Position numbers and translations under genes: made by a program. Below, in pieces: positions 1 through 11,449 of a stretch of 64,000 nucleotides of DNA (positions are counted from its first letter, which is position 1; each line of letters begins with the position of its first letter). The stretch is from assembly GCA_003707115.1 (NCBI GenBank), contig PPNB01000004.1, positions 496,001 to 560,000 of the forward strand, in the 5' to 3' direction. This DNA is from Tortispora ganteri (taxonomy: Eukaryota). The notes under the pieces are model-generated. The model saw nothing but the letters and a program-made list of their open reading frames with translations. It did no database searches and was not told the DNA's origin.

Positions 1-1
1 C

Positions 2-1549
2 GCTATCCCTGTCGCTTATGCATTATCAGGTATGACTGTTTTGGCCTGGATTATGTTTTTACTACTTCTCGTTACTCCTAGACGCCGGCCGTGGCTCCAG
101 CAGTTTGTATCGCTTTTCACCGCCGTATCACTGTCGGTGGCAGTAGCTATGAGCTCATCCATCCTTGAAGAACAATACGTGGAAGGATATCTTCGTGTCT
201 CAGAGCTATACGATGTTATAGGTGATGGTACTACGATATCTATATTAAGAATCGTATCTAGTGCTCTAATATTCTTTGCGCAGGTGCAAACGCTACTGCG
301 CCTATGCCCGCGATATCGCGAAAGAATGCTTATTAAATGGATTGGTCTTTTCTTAATTATCATTGCCACTACATTTAATACTCTTGATACTTTTTTGGTC
401 GATGATTCAGATGAGAGCTTTGTTGATGCCCTTCCAGCGCTTGCATACCTCTTTCAAATAACTATCTCTGTCTTATATGCTGTTTGCGTATTTTATTATG
501 CATTCAGCAAGCGCCGATTTCTCATTTACAACTTCTCGATTCTATTCCTATCGATGCTTGCCCTTATTGCTGTTCTAATCCCGGTGGTATTCTTTACAGT
601 TGATCTGGTAAGAAACTACATATACCTTTGGGGTGACTATGTCCGCTGGGTCGGTGCTGTCGCCGCCACTGTCATAGTCTGGGAACTATGTGACCGGATA
701 GAAAAGGTAGAAAAGAAAAAGCAAAATGATGGAGTACTGGGGCGCCCTATGTATGATGATGATGACAAACATTACGATCTAAAACCAAAACGAAGCAGCT
801 CAGTTAGACCTGATTGCAATGATTCCAACTGGCATATGACGTTTCCTATGCAAGATTTGGACAATATCAGCTTGAAAGGCAAGGTAAAACAGCTTGGTAC
901 TTTTATCATGACTGGAAGGCGAACAGGAAGCCCGATCCATAGACAAGAAATTGTGCGGTCGCCAACGCTATCCAGGAACGATATAAATTTAGCACCTATG
1001 GCTAGTTTTACACAGCAGAACTCCTCTCAGTGTGATCACTCATTCTCGGCGCGTGGCTCTCCTGTAGCAATTGATGGCACTATATCTCGACACTCGGCTT
1101 CTCCAGATATCGAACAAGAACACTCACCAACTGTGAAGCGCCAAAATATATGGCGAACCATAGTGCACAGATACAAACGAGATGATTCAACCGCGAGAGA
1201 TGACGAAATTATGAAGCATCATGTGTACCCTATAAAGTACGGCTCTAATAGTAATGAGGTACAGATACCGGCAAGTGTCGGTAAGCCTCAGAGAGCCGCA
1301 TCTGCTGATGACGCATCTCGGCTTCGTTCGCCGCCGCCCACTATCCAATCTCCAGAAAGAGCTATAACGCGTGGTACTTTTGCTGCGTGCTCAAGGCCTG
1401 TTGGTGATGATGACTTATATCACTATGACGGCGTCAATTCGGAATCTGCTGCTCCTGGATACAGTAATCTAGGAAGTTCTTCAACTGCAGGGGAATTTCA
1501 ACCCCTGCCTGGATTCCATCCAGATGATTATCACGACGACAAAAGATAA
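2..1549 (+). CDS. RIM21: PalH/Rim21-family 7-TM ambient pH sensor; probably 5'-truncated by the window edge
   Basis: Frame is open from position 2 to the ATG at 32. Hydrophobic helices with PalH-like motifs (RRRPWLQ, FAQVQTLLRL, WGDYVRWVGAVAATVIVWE, ERIE-like..DGVLGR) are followed by a long low-complexity cytosolic tail. Confidence 0.85.
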   Translation, partial: AIPVAYALSGMTVLAWIMFLLLLVTPRRRPWLQQFVSLFTAVSLSVAVAMSSSILEEQYVEGYLRVSELYDVIGDGTTISILRIVSSALIFFAQVQTLLRLCPRYRERMLIKWIGLFLIIIATTFNTLDTFLVDDSDESFVDALPALAYLFQITISVLYAVCVFYYAFSKRRFLIYNFSILFLSMLALIAVLIPVVFFTVDLVRNYIYLWGDYVRWVGAVAATVIVWELCDRIEKVEKKKQNDGVLGRPMYDDDDKHYDLKPKRSSSVRPDCNDSNWHMTFPMQDLDNISLKGKVKQLGTFIMTGRRTGSPIHRQEIVRSPTLSRNDINLAPMASFTQQNSSQCDHSFSARGSPVAIDGTISRHSASPDIEQEHSPTVKRQNIWRTIVHRYKRDDSTARDDEIMKHHVYPIKYGSNSNEVQIPASVGKPQRAASADDASRLRSPPPTIQSPERAITRGTFAACSRPVGDDDLYHYDGVNSESAAPGYSNLGSSSTAGEFQPLPGFHPDDYHDDKR

Positions 1550-1701
1550 CTAAAGGAAATGATTTAATATAAGAGACGGAATTGGAATAGGATATATTGT
1601 GTAGCTAGCTTGCTCTACACCTTACCCATATATATAGTTTGTACTAGTTAGAGCCGCACACCTCCCGCTAAGCAAGAGACATCTCATATTGTAGAAAGCA
1701 A

Positions 1702-2793
1702 ATGTCTCTGACGAACCAATATATCAATTTTGACAGACTACTGTCTGATAATTTTAATCCATCGACATACGCGAACATTTTCGTATTGGAAACACACACA
1801 GAAAGCGATGACACGGTAGATTTGGGGCCTGCAAAGACTAAGGCTAACTTTGAATTAGATGAAGTCAACATTATGTTGTCGGAAAGAACGAACGCCCACT
1901 CTAGGGATATTTTGAAATTTGTTGATTCTGTCAACCAATTGTCTATTAAAAGAGATAGTCTTAAAGAAAAAGTGAACTATGTATCTACATCTTATCAAAG
2001 ACTAGTAAAGGATATATCCATTTACTATGATGCACACAAGATTTATCAGGACCTCATTCGAGACCATGAAACTATGGCTCGATTACGTCAATTAGCACAT
2101 TATCTCGGCCTTGTGCGTCAAATATCATTATCTGAAAAGACAAAGAACGCCTCTTACGGCTCTTATCTTGTTTCTCTCATACAGGAATCTAAGGATTTCT
2201 TGCTGACTCATCCACAGATACAAAACTTGGACACAACAACTCGGGCAAACCAGTCTGTCCTTACTATAGAAACTGACATCAGAAATTGGGCCATCTCGAA
2301 TCTTTCAAAGGTCACCGAACATATGGAGGAAGCATCTTTCGACGTTCAATTGATCTCCTCTGCAAGCTTATGCTTATTTGCTATGTCTCCAAAGCTTTTT
2401 AGTAGCACCATAAGAGATATACAACATAGCTTAGTCTCCTCATCCTTACCTTACTTACTAAATTCTTCTCCGACAATGGTTACACAATCGCTAAAATCTA
2501 TCTCAACTAAAGCGTCTATGCTCCGCTACTTTGAACAGATTTTAGCGAAAACATACCCCAATGACCAAAGCCTCGCTTCATACCTCCAAACTGATCTCTC
2601 GGTGGATTCCTTAGTATCTGAATTCTGGATAGAACTTGCTTCTGCATGGCAAAACCGTCTCAGCAGACAATCTCGATGGAGATCTGCTCACGGTTCAATG
2701 CGCAAGGCCGTAATAGATGCCGTGTCTCAGACTGCTGCAAGTCAAGATTCACTGGCAGCCATGTTAAAAGTCCTAGATTCTATTGCAAAATAA
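1702..2793 (+). CDS. COG5: Conserved oligomeric Golgi complex subunit 5
   Basis: N-terminus FDRLLSDNFNPSTYANIFVLET..DDTVDL...FELDEV resembles the fungal Cog5 N-terminal signature; helical 363 aa protein. Confidence 0.75.
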   Translation: MSLTNQYINFDRLLSDNFNPSTYANIFVLETHTESDDTVDLGPAKTKANFELDEVNIMLSERTNAHSRDILKFVDSVNQLSIKRDSLKEKVNYVSTSYQRLVKDISIYYDAHKIYQDLIRDHETMARLRQLAHYLGLVRQISLSEKTKNASYGSYLVSLIQESKDFLLTHPQIQNLDTTTRANQSVLTIETDIRNWAISNLSKVTEHMEEASFDVQLISSASLCLFAMSPKLFSSTIRDIQHSLVSSSLPYLLNSSPTMVTQSLKSISTKASMLRYFEQILAKTYPNDQSLASYLQTDLSVDSLVSEFWIELASAWQNRLSRQSRWRSAHGSMRKAVIDAVSQTAASQDSLAAMLKVLDSIAK

Positions 2794-2927
2794 TATAATA
2801 ACAGTCAAAGCTTAAAAAGGTATACAATTACTTGGATATTTAAGTAAAATATACACTCGTTGGTACATGAAAGTCGTAAGAATATCCACTTCGCGTGTCC
2901 AAAGAAAAAAAACCAAACCAACAAATA

Positions 2928-5900
2928 TTAACGATACACCAAGATAGTCCCAGCTCTGTCCACTGATATGACAACATTATAAGGATTATACATCACAGCA
3001 ACATCCAAAACAACATCTAAATGAGTTTTAAGAAGCAGCTGTTGTTCCTTTGTGACTAAGGAAGTTCGCGATGTGCGGTTTTGACGCTTAGTTTGCGGGC
3101 TATTCTGCACTGGCTTTATCTGCTCAGTGGTAACAGTCAAAAACGCAGATATGTATGCCGAATTATATGTAACACGGACATCATCGTTCACAATACCAGA
3201 CAGAATACAGGATTTGGTTGGAATATTCATATCCCAAAATCTCACAGTCCTATCCACCCCTGAAGTAATCATATATTCCGGATTTCCATTTTCTTCATAA
3301 CCACCTAAAACAAACGCTCTAAACCCATGATCAGAATGAGACGTTTCAAGCCTACCTTCACGCACACTCTCAGAAGTTCGGCTATCTGAAATTAAAGATC
3401 CGACATCTAGCGCAGAATCATCTTCTCCCATTTTTATGGGTTCATACGACAGATTCCTTCCCTTGGTAGCCCCTGGGTCTAGTCTATAGACTTGACGACA
3501 TTGAATCTTCTCTATATCCCATAATGTCACTTCACCTCTACCACTGCCCCCCGACACCAGAATCCAAGTTGGGTGCTGTTTAGAGGGGTGTACTTCAACA
3601 CGGTTGATTGGCTTACTGCCAGGTATCCCCCAGGACCTCAAATTAAGATGGAATCTAAGATCCCATAAATCCAATATTCCTCTAGAAGTACCGCATACAA
3701 GCCAAGTGGAGTCTTTGGATACACAAAACGACAAAATATTCCCATGTTCCAAAGGGTTTTCAAGTTTCCACAATATATTCATATTCTGCAAGTCTAGAGC
3801 GATTATACTTCCTGTAGTCATAGACAATAATAACGTTTCAACTTTATCAATAACTGCATAAGAAATATGAGTTGCATACCCTTCGTCCAGAGAACAAGTG
3901 CGGATAACCGAAAACTTTCCATAAGAAGGAAGTCCATCTTCTGCTGTAGAGCTTACTGAAACACGAACAACTGCAATATCACCGTTACTGGTAGCCAAAG
4001 CAAACGAATGCCGAGCTCCGAGGAAACAAATTGACTTCACTTTTGCTGTTTTCGGATGGTGATACGTCTGCATCGCTCTATTCACAACGTTTTTTTCAAG
4101 CCTTTCAGCATCCCATAGTTTAACCGTTCCATCATCAGAAGCCGTTAAAAAAAATGCATGATCCGGAGATACAACTACACGGTTAATAGGTCCGTTGTGG
4201 TCGTGATACTGCGCAACAAAGATACCGCTGGGATGCCAAGGTTCATTCAAGGCCTTACTCAAAAACTTCTTCTGACGGCTGGAAGAAATAATCCTGCGTT
4301 CATCTTTTCGCAAATAGGGTGAAAGTATTGGACCAAGTTCAGGCAAACTTTTTGCAAATGTATCGAAACCTGTGTTATCAAGGAATTTCATAATATAGGG
4401 ATTCTTTCCCTCATATGAGAACATCAATTTCCTGTCTTTTGTCAACCCAGACGTCTTCTTTGGTCGAGTTACCGAATTTGGCAGTGAACTGGCTTCAAGA
4501 ATTCCGCTGGCTAAGGCATCTGAAGTTGCAATCTCCGCGGAAGCCTTGCCAAGTGGTGTATCATCACTCAATAAATCTGTCGGTTTGTGCGGGTGAGAAT
4601 TGGAAGATATTAAATGCAAGTCTGAAAGGCTAGAGCTCAGATCGCGATTGTCGCAGGATGTAGCTTGAAAAGAATCACTCTGCGCGAACGAGCCCCACAT
4701 AGGATTTATTTCTTTGCCAAGTGTGGACCGTAGGGTGCTAACGCTGCTATTATGATCCTCAAAATCAAATGCAAAAGATTGATCTTCTGCAAACACAGTT
4801 ATAGGAGTTAAACCGTGTTTTGTCAGAGACAATTTCTCATCAACAGTAGATGAAAGTTGCTCTCCTTTATTAAACTTCAAGCTGGTTGCAGTTCGATATA
4901 TGTAATCTCGCAAATTAGCTATTTTCCACAAATCACGAGAGCCTAAGCCTGCTCCTTGCAACTTGTCAACCCAAGTTTTATCGTCCTTAGATAGAGGAAT
5001 TGTAGATTGTTGGTGTAATAAGTATGAACCAAATACTCCAGGTGTGGCAGAAGAGTTGATCATCCTCCACCACTGCTGCTGTCTGCAATTTTCCCAAAAT
5101 AGAGATTTCTCGGACCTTTGAGCCCAAGAAATTGAAATATCAAACACGACTCTGGAGATTGGAGATACCATAACTTGAGATAAAGAAACAACGTTATAGT
5201 CATTAGTATCACATACCAAATAAGGACGTAACGTAGGCTTCAAAAAAGAGGCTATATCTACGTCGTCCAGTAGTTTAGCAGCTGCAACAAAAAAAGATTT
5301 AACATGTAGTCGCAAGGCAAAATTCGGGTGCACTGAAAATGCAGCTGCAGTTCGCAATATGTCCCATAAGCGATTGCGGCGTATCATCCCAAGCTCAGCA
5401 AAGCTCGTAAATGCATAAAATATTCGCTCAATGACATGCTCATCATGATCCGTAAGTGACTGCAACATTAAAGGAATAATATACTCGTGAATACTGACTT
5501 CGCCGATAAAAGCTGTAATGGCAACCACTGAATCGAAAAATGCGAGTCTCAACATTTGGTTTTTGTCATTTAGATAAGCGATTAGATGACCAACCAACAT
5601 CTCGCTTATATTCCTATTTCCCAAAAATACACAAAGAGACGACATAGAAGAAAGTAGGGACCTTCTAACAGATGAATCGGAGTCTGTCATCAAACGATTA
5701 ACTTGTTCTTTGAAAAATGAGACAAGATATTTCCATGATCTATCATACGCAGTTTGACTGAAGGCGGCTATTTCCATCTCTATCTCTGTACTGTCATCAA
5801 CCTGCTGTGCAATCGAATTTGAGGCTTGTAGAGCCTGTACGAGTTCAAGATATCGAGAGGCAGATTCACTGAGAGAAGCAAGACACTGTGCATACATACT

Positions 5901-7385
5901 TCTAACAGATGAATTAGGATTATCACAAAGAACTCCCAGATTCGGTAAAATATATACAGGGAAGATTTGTGAGTTAACAGGGGCAATTATGCGTACAAGC
6001 GCAAGTAACTGTGTCAAGGTCCGAAGGGCAGCTATAACGACCATAGGAGACGGATCCTTTAGCAATTGTATAACATAAGGAATGCATCTGTCCAGTTTGA
6101 TTTCGTCCGGTAGCATTTCCGAAAACGATAATATCAGCTCGCATGCCATTACACGAGAAGACGACCTCGTAGAATAGAGTAAGGAAGACAGTACGGCAGA
6201 AAGGAATAGTAGACAACCGTCTTTAGTATCAGAAGTGTCATCAAATTGCGAGAGAAGTTTTCTTTCTGCATTAGGGATATCTATAATAACAGGAATTGCA
6301 GATCCATCTGAATTAAGGTTAGAAAATGATTCAATGCAGGTATCCATACCTATAAAGTATGATATTTTGTCAAAATCAGTATATATACGTTCAATATGGG
6401 TATCTGGCTCGTGAAATTCCGAAAAAGAGTTCATTGAAGCATTTCTTCTTGGAACTATGTCATAGATATTAGCAAAATATTGGTGACAAAAGGTATAAAA
6501 ATAGTCAGGAAAACAACGATTTCGGAATTCGGTGAGATACTGATCTGCAGATAAGCGATTCTCTGGTGAGAGGGAGATCATATGAGTTACCAGTTCCCTA
6601 ATATCGAGATCTTGTATAGAATCCACTGGTGGAGTATAGTTTCCTGAGGCATAATTAAACAACTGCGCCAGAGTAAATAGTGGAGTACCATTCAGAAAAA
6701 GTTCCGCAATAACACATCCGGCGGAAAAAATGTCCATTGCAGGTGTCAGCGTATTGGATATCACACCTGATTCCAATGAATAAAACCTCTCTGGTGCAAG
6801 GTAGCATATGTGACGTTGAGAGACGTCATAGAAAAACAAAAAGTCAGCAGGATCATTGTCCGGTAAGTATGCAGGTTTGAAAGATGCGATGTCAGTTAGG
6901 AAGACCCAATTCCAAGACGTGACTAACAAATTTTCTGATTTAATATCACCATGACAATACCCTAATTGATGCATGTCTCTCAAGGCGGTCAATGTCTGAA
7001 AGGCAATCCATTTCTTTTCAACGTCTTCTAAAAAGGGTCGAACGGAAATGCGATCATAAAGGTTGCAGCCTACATACTGTCTAATAAGATAGCCCGCACG
7101 ATCGGTCAAAACAATACGTGAATAGTTAAGAATGTTCGGGACTGGCTTCAAAGCAGTGGACAGTTTCCTTAAGTTGTCTGCAATCGTATTTAGATCAATG
7201 TCATCGTTAGGCCGTACAAATACTTTCACGACTACTTGACCTTCGGAATGTAAACCTAACACTGACTTCAGAAATCTAGTAGTCGTAAGGGTTGATTCGT
7301 ACTGAATATCCTTCAGCTCAGATATGTAAGCATCTATTCCCACGTTTGCAGGAGGCGGAGCTATACGGGACAATTGCCCGCCCAT
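2928..7385 (-). CDS. VPS15: PI3K regulatory subunit Vps15 (kinase-HEAT-WD40)
   Basis: MG myristoylation start; kinase motifs HGDIKSENLLVTSWNW, YLAPERF and MDIFSAGCVIAE; HEAT region; C-terminal WD40 (FFLTASDDGTVKLWD). Confidence 0.97.
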   Translation of the reverse strand: MGGQLSRIAPPPANVGIDAYISELKDIQYESTLTTTRFLKSVLGLHSEGQVVVKVFVRPNDDIDLNTIADNLRKLSTALKPVPNILNYSRIVLTDRAGYLIRQYVGCNLYDRISVRPFLEDVEKKWIAFQTLTALRDMHQLGYCHGDIKSENLLVTSWNWVFLTDIASFKPAYLPDNDPADFLFFYDVSQRHICYLAPERFYSLESGVISNTLTPAMDIFSAGCVIAELFLNGTPLFTLAQLFNYASGNYTPPVDSIQDLDIRELVTHMISLSPENRLSADQYLTEFRNRCFPDYFYTFCHQYFANIYDIVPRRNASMNSFSEFHEPDTHIERIYTDFDKISYFIGMDTCIESFSNLNSDGSAIPVIIDIPNAERKLLSQFDDTSDTKDGCLLFLSAVLSSLLYSTRSSSRVMACELILSFSEMLPDEIKLDRCIPYVIQLLKDPSPMVVIAALRTLTQLLALVRIIAPVNSQIFPVYILPNLGVLCDNPNSSVRSMYAQCLASLSESASRYLELVQALQASNSIAQQVDDSTEIEMEIAAFSQTAYDRSWKYLVSFFKEQVNRLMTDSDSSVRRSLLSSMSSLCVFLGNRNISEMLVGHLIAYLNDKNQMLRLAFFDSVVAITAFIGEVSIHEYIIPLMLQSLTDHDEHVIERIFYAFTSFAELGMIRRNRLWDILRTAAAFSVHPNFALRLHVKSFFVAAAKLLDDVDIASFLKPTLRPYLVCDTNDYNVVSLSQVMVSPISRVVFDISISWAQRSEKSLFWENCRQQQWWRMINSSATPGVFGSYLLHQQSTIPLSKDDKTWVDKLQGAGLGSRDLWKIANLRDYIYRTATSLKFNKGEQLSSTVDEKLSLTKHGLTPITVFAEDQSFAFDFEDHNSSVSTLRSTLGKEINPMWGSFAQSDSFQATSCDNRDLSSSLSDLHLISSNSHPHKPTDLLSDDTPLGKASAEIATSDALASGILEASSLPNSVTRPKKTSGLTKDRKLMFSYEGKNPYIMKFLDNTGFDTFAKSLPELGPILSPYLRKDERRIISSSRQKKFLSKALNEPWHPSGIFVAQYHDHNGPINRVVVSPDHAFFLTASDDGTVKLWDAERLEKNVVNRAMQTYHHPKTAKVKSICFLGARHSFALATSNGDIAVVRVSVSSTAEDGLPSYGKFSVIRTCSLDEGYATHISYAVIDKVETLLLSMTTGSIIALDLQNMNILWKLENPLEHGNILSFCVSKDSTWLVCGTSRGILDLWDLRFHLNLRSWGIPGSKPINRVEVHPSKQHPTWILVSGGSGRGEVTLWDIEKIQCRQVYRLDPGATKGRNLSYEPIKMGEDDSALDVGSLISDSRTSESVREGRLETSHSDHGFRAFVLGGYEENGNPEYMITSGVDRTVRFWDMNIPTKSCILSGIVNDDVRVTYNSAYISAFLTVTTEQIKPVQNSPQTKRQNRTSRTSLVTKEQQLLLKTHLDVVLDVAVMYNPYNVVISVDRAGTILVYR

Positions 7386-7645
7386 GCTGCAATAGTTGGG
7401 GTGATAATGGTCATTTCGTCTGTTGATGCTATAATGTATCGGCTACGCACGTGATCTCCCAGCGGCTTGGGGGCGGGAGTTTAGAGGATAGCCAAATGAT
7501 CAGAAACCCTACTGAACCCTTCATAGAATACCCTTGACCACCCAATAAGGTGTCGCTCAAGGGGTACCACCAGCAACCTTCATCGAGACGCTTAGGTGTT
7601 CCTTAGTAGATATCGCTCCTTTTTCATCCATTTGACACAGAAAAT

Positions 7646-9181
7646 ATGAGCAAATGTAAGTTATTCAGTTTATATTTTTTTTATTCATAGTTGTTGAATT
7701 AATAATTGATGAATATTCATCGAACTATTTTACTGTAGAATAGCCGATGCTAACGTGAATTAGCTGTACGTTTTATCGATTTGGTAAAACCATTTATGCC
7801 TATCATTCCGGAGGTTTCGACCCCGGAAAGGAAAGTGCCATTTGATCAGAAAATTATTTGGTCGGCTGTCAGCCTGCTGATTTACTTGGTCATGTCTCAG
7901 ATTCCCTTGTATGGTATAATGTCTTCTGATAATGCTGACCCTTTGTATTGGTTACGTATGATGCTTGCATCCAACAGAGGTACACTGATGGAACTCGGCA
8001 TCACCCCTATAATGACCTCTGGAATGGTTTTTCAGATACTTGGAGGAATAAAAGTCCTTGATGTTAATCTCGATCTTCGCTCTGATAGAGAGCTTTATCA
8101 AACTGCCCAAAAGCTTTTGGCTATCATCCTATGTTTCGGTCAGGCTACCGTTTACGTCCTTACTGGAGCTTATGGACCTCCTGCCTCCCTTGGTGCTGGT
8201 GTTTGCCTTTTGCTTATTTTGCAGTTGGTCTTTGCAGGAATTATCGTCATTCTCTTAGACGAAATGCTCCAGAAGGGTTATGGCCTTGGCTCCGGAATCT
8301 CCTTATTCATTGCTTCCAACATTTGTGAGCAAATATTCTGGAAAGCGTTTTCCCCAATTACTCATAACACTGGACGTGGAACTGAATTCGAGGGTGCTGT
8401 TATTGGCTTTATTCACCTCCTCTTAACTCGCCGCAACAAAGTTAAGGCACTTTATGATGCTTTTTACCGCTCTTCTCTTCCTAACATGAGTCAACTCCTT
8501 GCTACAATCATCGTTTTTGGCGTTGTAATCTATTTGCAAGGTTTCCGAGTTGAGTTACCGGTTCGTTCTAGTAGAGCTAGAGGCCCCTACGGAAGTTACC
8601 CCATTCGCTTGTTCTATACCAGCAACATGCCTATTATGCTTCAATCTGCTCTTACATCGAACGTTTTCATCATTTCCCAAACTTTGTTTAGCAAATTCCC
8701 CAACAACCTTTTTGTTCGCCTTATCGGAACCTGGGACAGTCGCCCTGGCACTGCTCAGCTCTCAGCTGTCGGAGGACTTGCCTACTATATGCAACCTCCC
8801 CTCAGCCTGCATGATGCAGCTATTGACCCTATAAAGACTTTTGTATATATAGTTTTTGTCATTGCATCTTGTGCATTTTTCTCTAATCTCTGGATTGATA
8901 TTTCTGGTTCATCTCCTCGTGATGTTTCTAAGCAATTCAAGGAACAAGGTCTTGTCATTGCTGGATATAGAGAAAACATGGCTTACAAGGAGCTCAAGAA
9001 AGTCATTCCAACTGCTGCTGCTTTTGGAGGAATGTGTATTGGTGCGCTTTCAGTAGTGTCTGATTTGTGCGGCACTCTTGGAAGTGGTACAGCTATATTA
9101 GTAGCTGTTACTACTATCTACGGCTATTTTGAGATTGCTGCCAAAGAGGGCGGTGGAGTCCCAATGCCTGACCTCTTATAA
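7646..9181 (+). CDS. SEC61: Sec61 translocon alpha subunit; exons 7646-7655 and 7764-9181
   Basis: Typical SecY/Sec61 motifs ([37 protein letters not shown]). The intron GTAAGT...GCTAAC...TAG (7656-7763) restores the start [14 protein letters not shown]. Confidence 0.96.
7656..7763 (+). other. Spliceosomal intron in SEC61 (108 nt, phase 1)
   Basis: Donor GTAAGT at 7656, branch GCTAAC at 7749-7754, acceptor TAG ending 7763; splicing keeps the frame. Confidence 0.92.
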
Positions 9182-9445
9182 AATTGAATGCAGGCTTGCT
9201 CTTTTCTTCTTTGAAGTTGCAGAATCAATGTAGAGTTCTTAGCCTCAATCTACCCTCCAAAATTATTTGTTACTTACGACAGTCATTCTTATATGATCGG
9301 TAAAGACAAAATGATTAAGTTATGGTAGACAAGCCATACATAATGTAATTCGTACCAGTTAAGTACTTCAAGATAAAAGACTGCGATTTCCGTTTATATG
9401 AAATTAAAGACTAAGTGAATAAAAATAGCTTGTAGATAGGTCTCG

Positions 9446-11078
9446 TTATTCCCATTCCACAGTGGCAGGAGGTTTTGAAGTCACATCGTAAGTCACACGC
9501 GCAACACCTTTGACTTCATTTACAATTCTGCGGCTGACTTTCTTTAAGAACTCCGCATCGAAGGCAAACCAATCAGCAGTCATAAAGTCATTAGTCTCTA
9601 TAGCTCTTAATGCAATGACTTGATCGTAAGTTCGTTTATCACCCATAACACCCACTGACCTAACCGGTAACAACACAGCAAAAGCTTGTGATATCTTTCT
9701 ATACAGACCAGCAGCCTTGATTTCCTCAATGTAGATAGCATCAGCTTCTTGGACGATCTTAACCTGTTCAGGGGTTACCTCGCCTAAAATTCTAATAGCA
9801 ATTCCAGGTCCCGGGAAAGGATGTCTCCAAACGAGAGATTCTTCAATTCCCAGCAGTTCACCTAATGCACGGACCTCGTCTTTGAAAAGCTCGCGCAAAG
9901 GTTCAATCAGCTTCAGCTTCATGTCTTCCAATAGACCCCCAACATTGTGGTGCGTCTTAATAGTTTGGGAAGGTCCCTTAAAGGATATACTCTCAATCAC
10001 ATCCGGGTACAAAGTTCCTTGCAAAAGATACTCAATCTTTGAGGTAGATTTCTTGTCGATTTCAGCAGCTTTCTCTTCGAAAATTTCAATGAACGTATTG
10101 CCAATTATCTTGCGCTTCTTTTCAGGGTCCGTAACACCTTTGAGTTTATTTAAGAAAATATCACTGGCGTCAACAACTTCCAAGTTGATACCAAGGCTTT
10201 CGATAAGAGTCTTCTTAACAGTAGTGCACTCGTTGAGTCTCATGACACCGTTGTCCACTAAAATGGCATGAAAGCGGTCACCGATGGCCTCTTTCATGAG
10301 TTTCGCGGCGACGGTAGAATCGACTCCTCCAGAAACTGCACCAATAACTTCAGCAGTTGGGCCAACTACTTGGCGAATTCTATCAATTTCAGTGTCGATA
10401 AAGTTGGCCATGCTCCAACTCTGCTCAGCCTTGCAGATGTTAACAGCAAAATTCTTAAGAAGCTGAGTTCCATGTGTTGTGTGAGAGACCTCAGGGTGAA
10501 ACTGAATTCCATATATTTGCTTAGTAGAATGTTTAATAGCAGCGAATGGAGCATTTGAAGTATGCGCGACGATCTCATAATCTTTAGGAAGATCAGAGAG
10601 CTTGTCGCCATGAGACATCCATACTTGAAAATTATCCATGCCATCAAACAGACTGATATGAGCATCTATTTGCATTAATGCGTGACCATACTCTCTTTTC
10701 ACTCCAGCTTGAACATTGGCCGGGTTTACGATCCAAGCAAGTTCTTGCATTCCATAACAAATACCCAAAATAGGAACATTTAAATCAAATATAGCATGAT
10801 CTACATGGGGAGCGTCCTTATCGTACACAGAATAAGGACCACCAGAAAGAATTATTCCCTTAGGCTTAAAGGGAAACTCAGAGACTTTGGTAGTGCAGGG
10901 CAGCATTTCTGCGTAGACATTAATATCACGAAGCCTTCTGGTGATAAGATGAGAATACTGGGATCCGAAGTCGAGCACCAAAATAGTGTCAAAAAGTTTA
11001 GTAACCTTTAGAGCAGAGTTAGCATACAAACTAAAACAGCTTTAGAATGCAATTACTTACTTGTACCGCTTGATCCAT
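9446..11078 (-). CDS. GUA1: GMP synthase (glutamine-hydrolysing); exons 11078-11061 and 11005-9446
   Basis: Motifs DFGSQY, GICYGMQ, QFHPEV, SGGVDS, IKTHHNV and C-terminal KPPATVEWE. Spliced start is [22 protein letters not shown]. Confidence 0.97.
11006..11060 (-). other. Spliceosomal intron in GUA1 (55 nt, phase 0, AAG acceptor)
   Basis: Minus strand reads GTAAGT...TGCTAACTCTGCTCTAAAG; the join is in frame. Confidence 0.88.
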
Positions 11079-11449
11079 GATTGTCAAAAAAGAATAAAGA
11101 AAGAACTATGAAGTTAATGACAAGGAGGAAAAAATGACATAAAAGTAAAACTTTAACAGCTTTAAACTGAATTAAGTTTCATCTTACTGCAAGTATGTAC
11201 ACATTTCAGCTAGTGGTGGAACAGAAATACTTCATATAAATTGATTTAGACTGTAAATAATCCAGCTGGATGTAAGCATGAGTAGGAAAAAAGATGCTAA
11301 CAGACAGAAAAGCCGGAGAATTACCCGCAACTGATACCTTTGGCTCAAAGGTGATAAGGTTTTTTATTTGAGAAGTAGGGGACAGTAGCATGTACATATG
11401 AACCTAGCGGATAGAAGGTGCACAGTTTACTCCTGAGATCTATAATTAA

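Noticed and set aside
9882..10558. Antisense ORFs over GUA1 (similar ones over CYS3, RPP2, TAF10, DEP1, TAF1 and SGT2)
   Set aside because: Shadow ORFs expected from codon bias and acidic low-complexity coding sequence; Ser/Phe-rich with no recognisable motifs.
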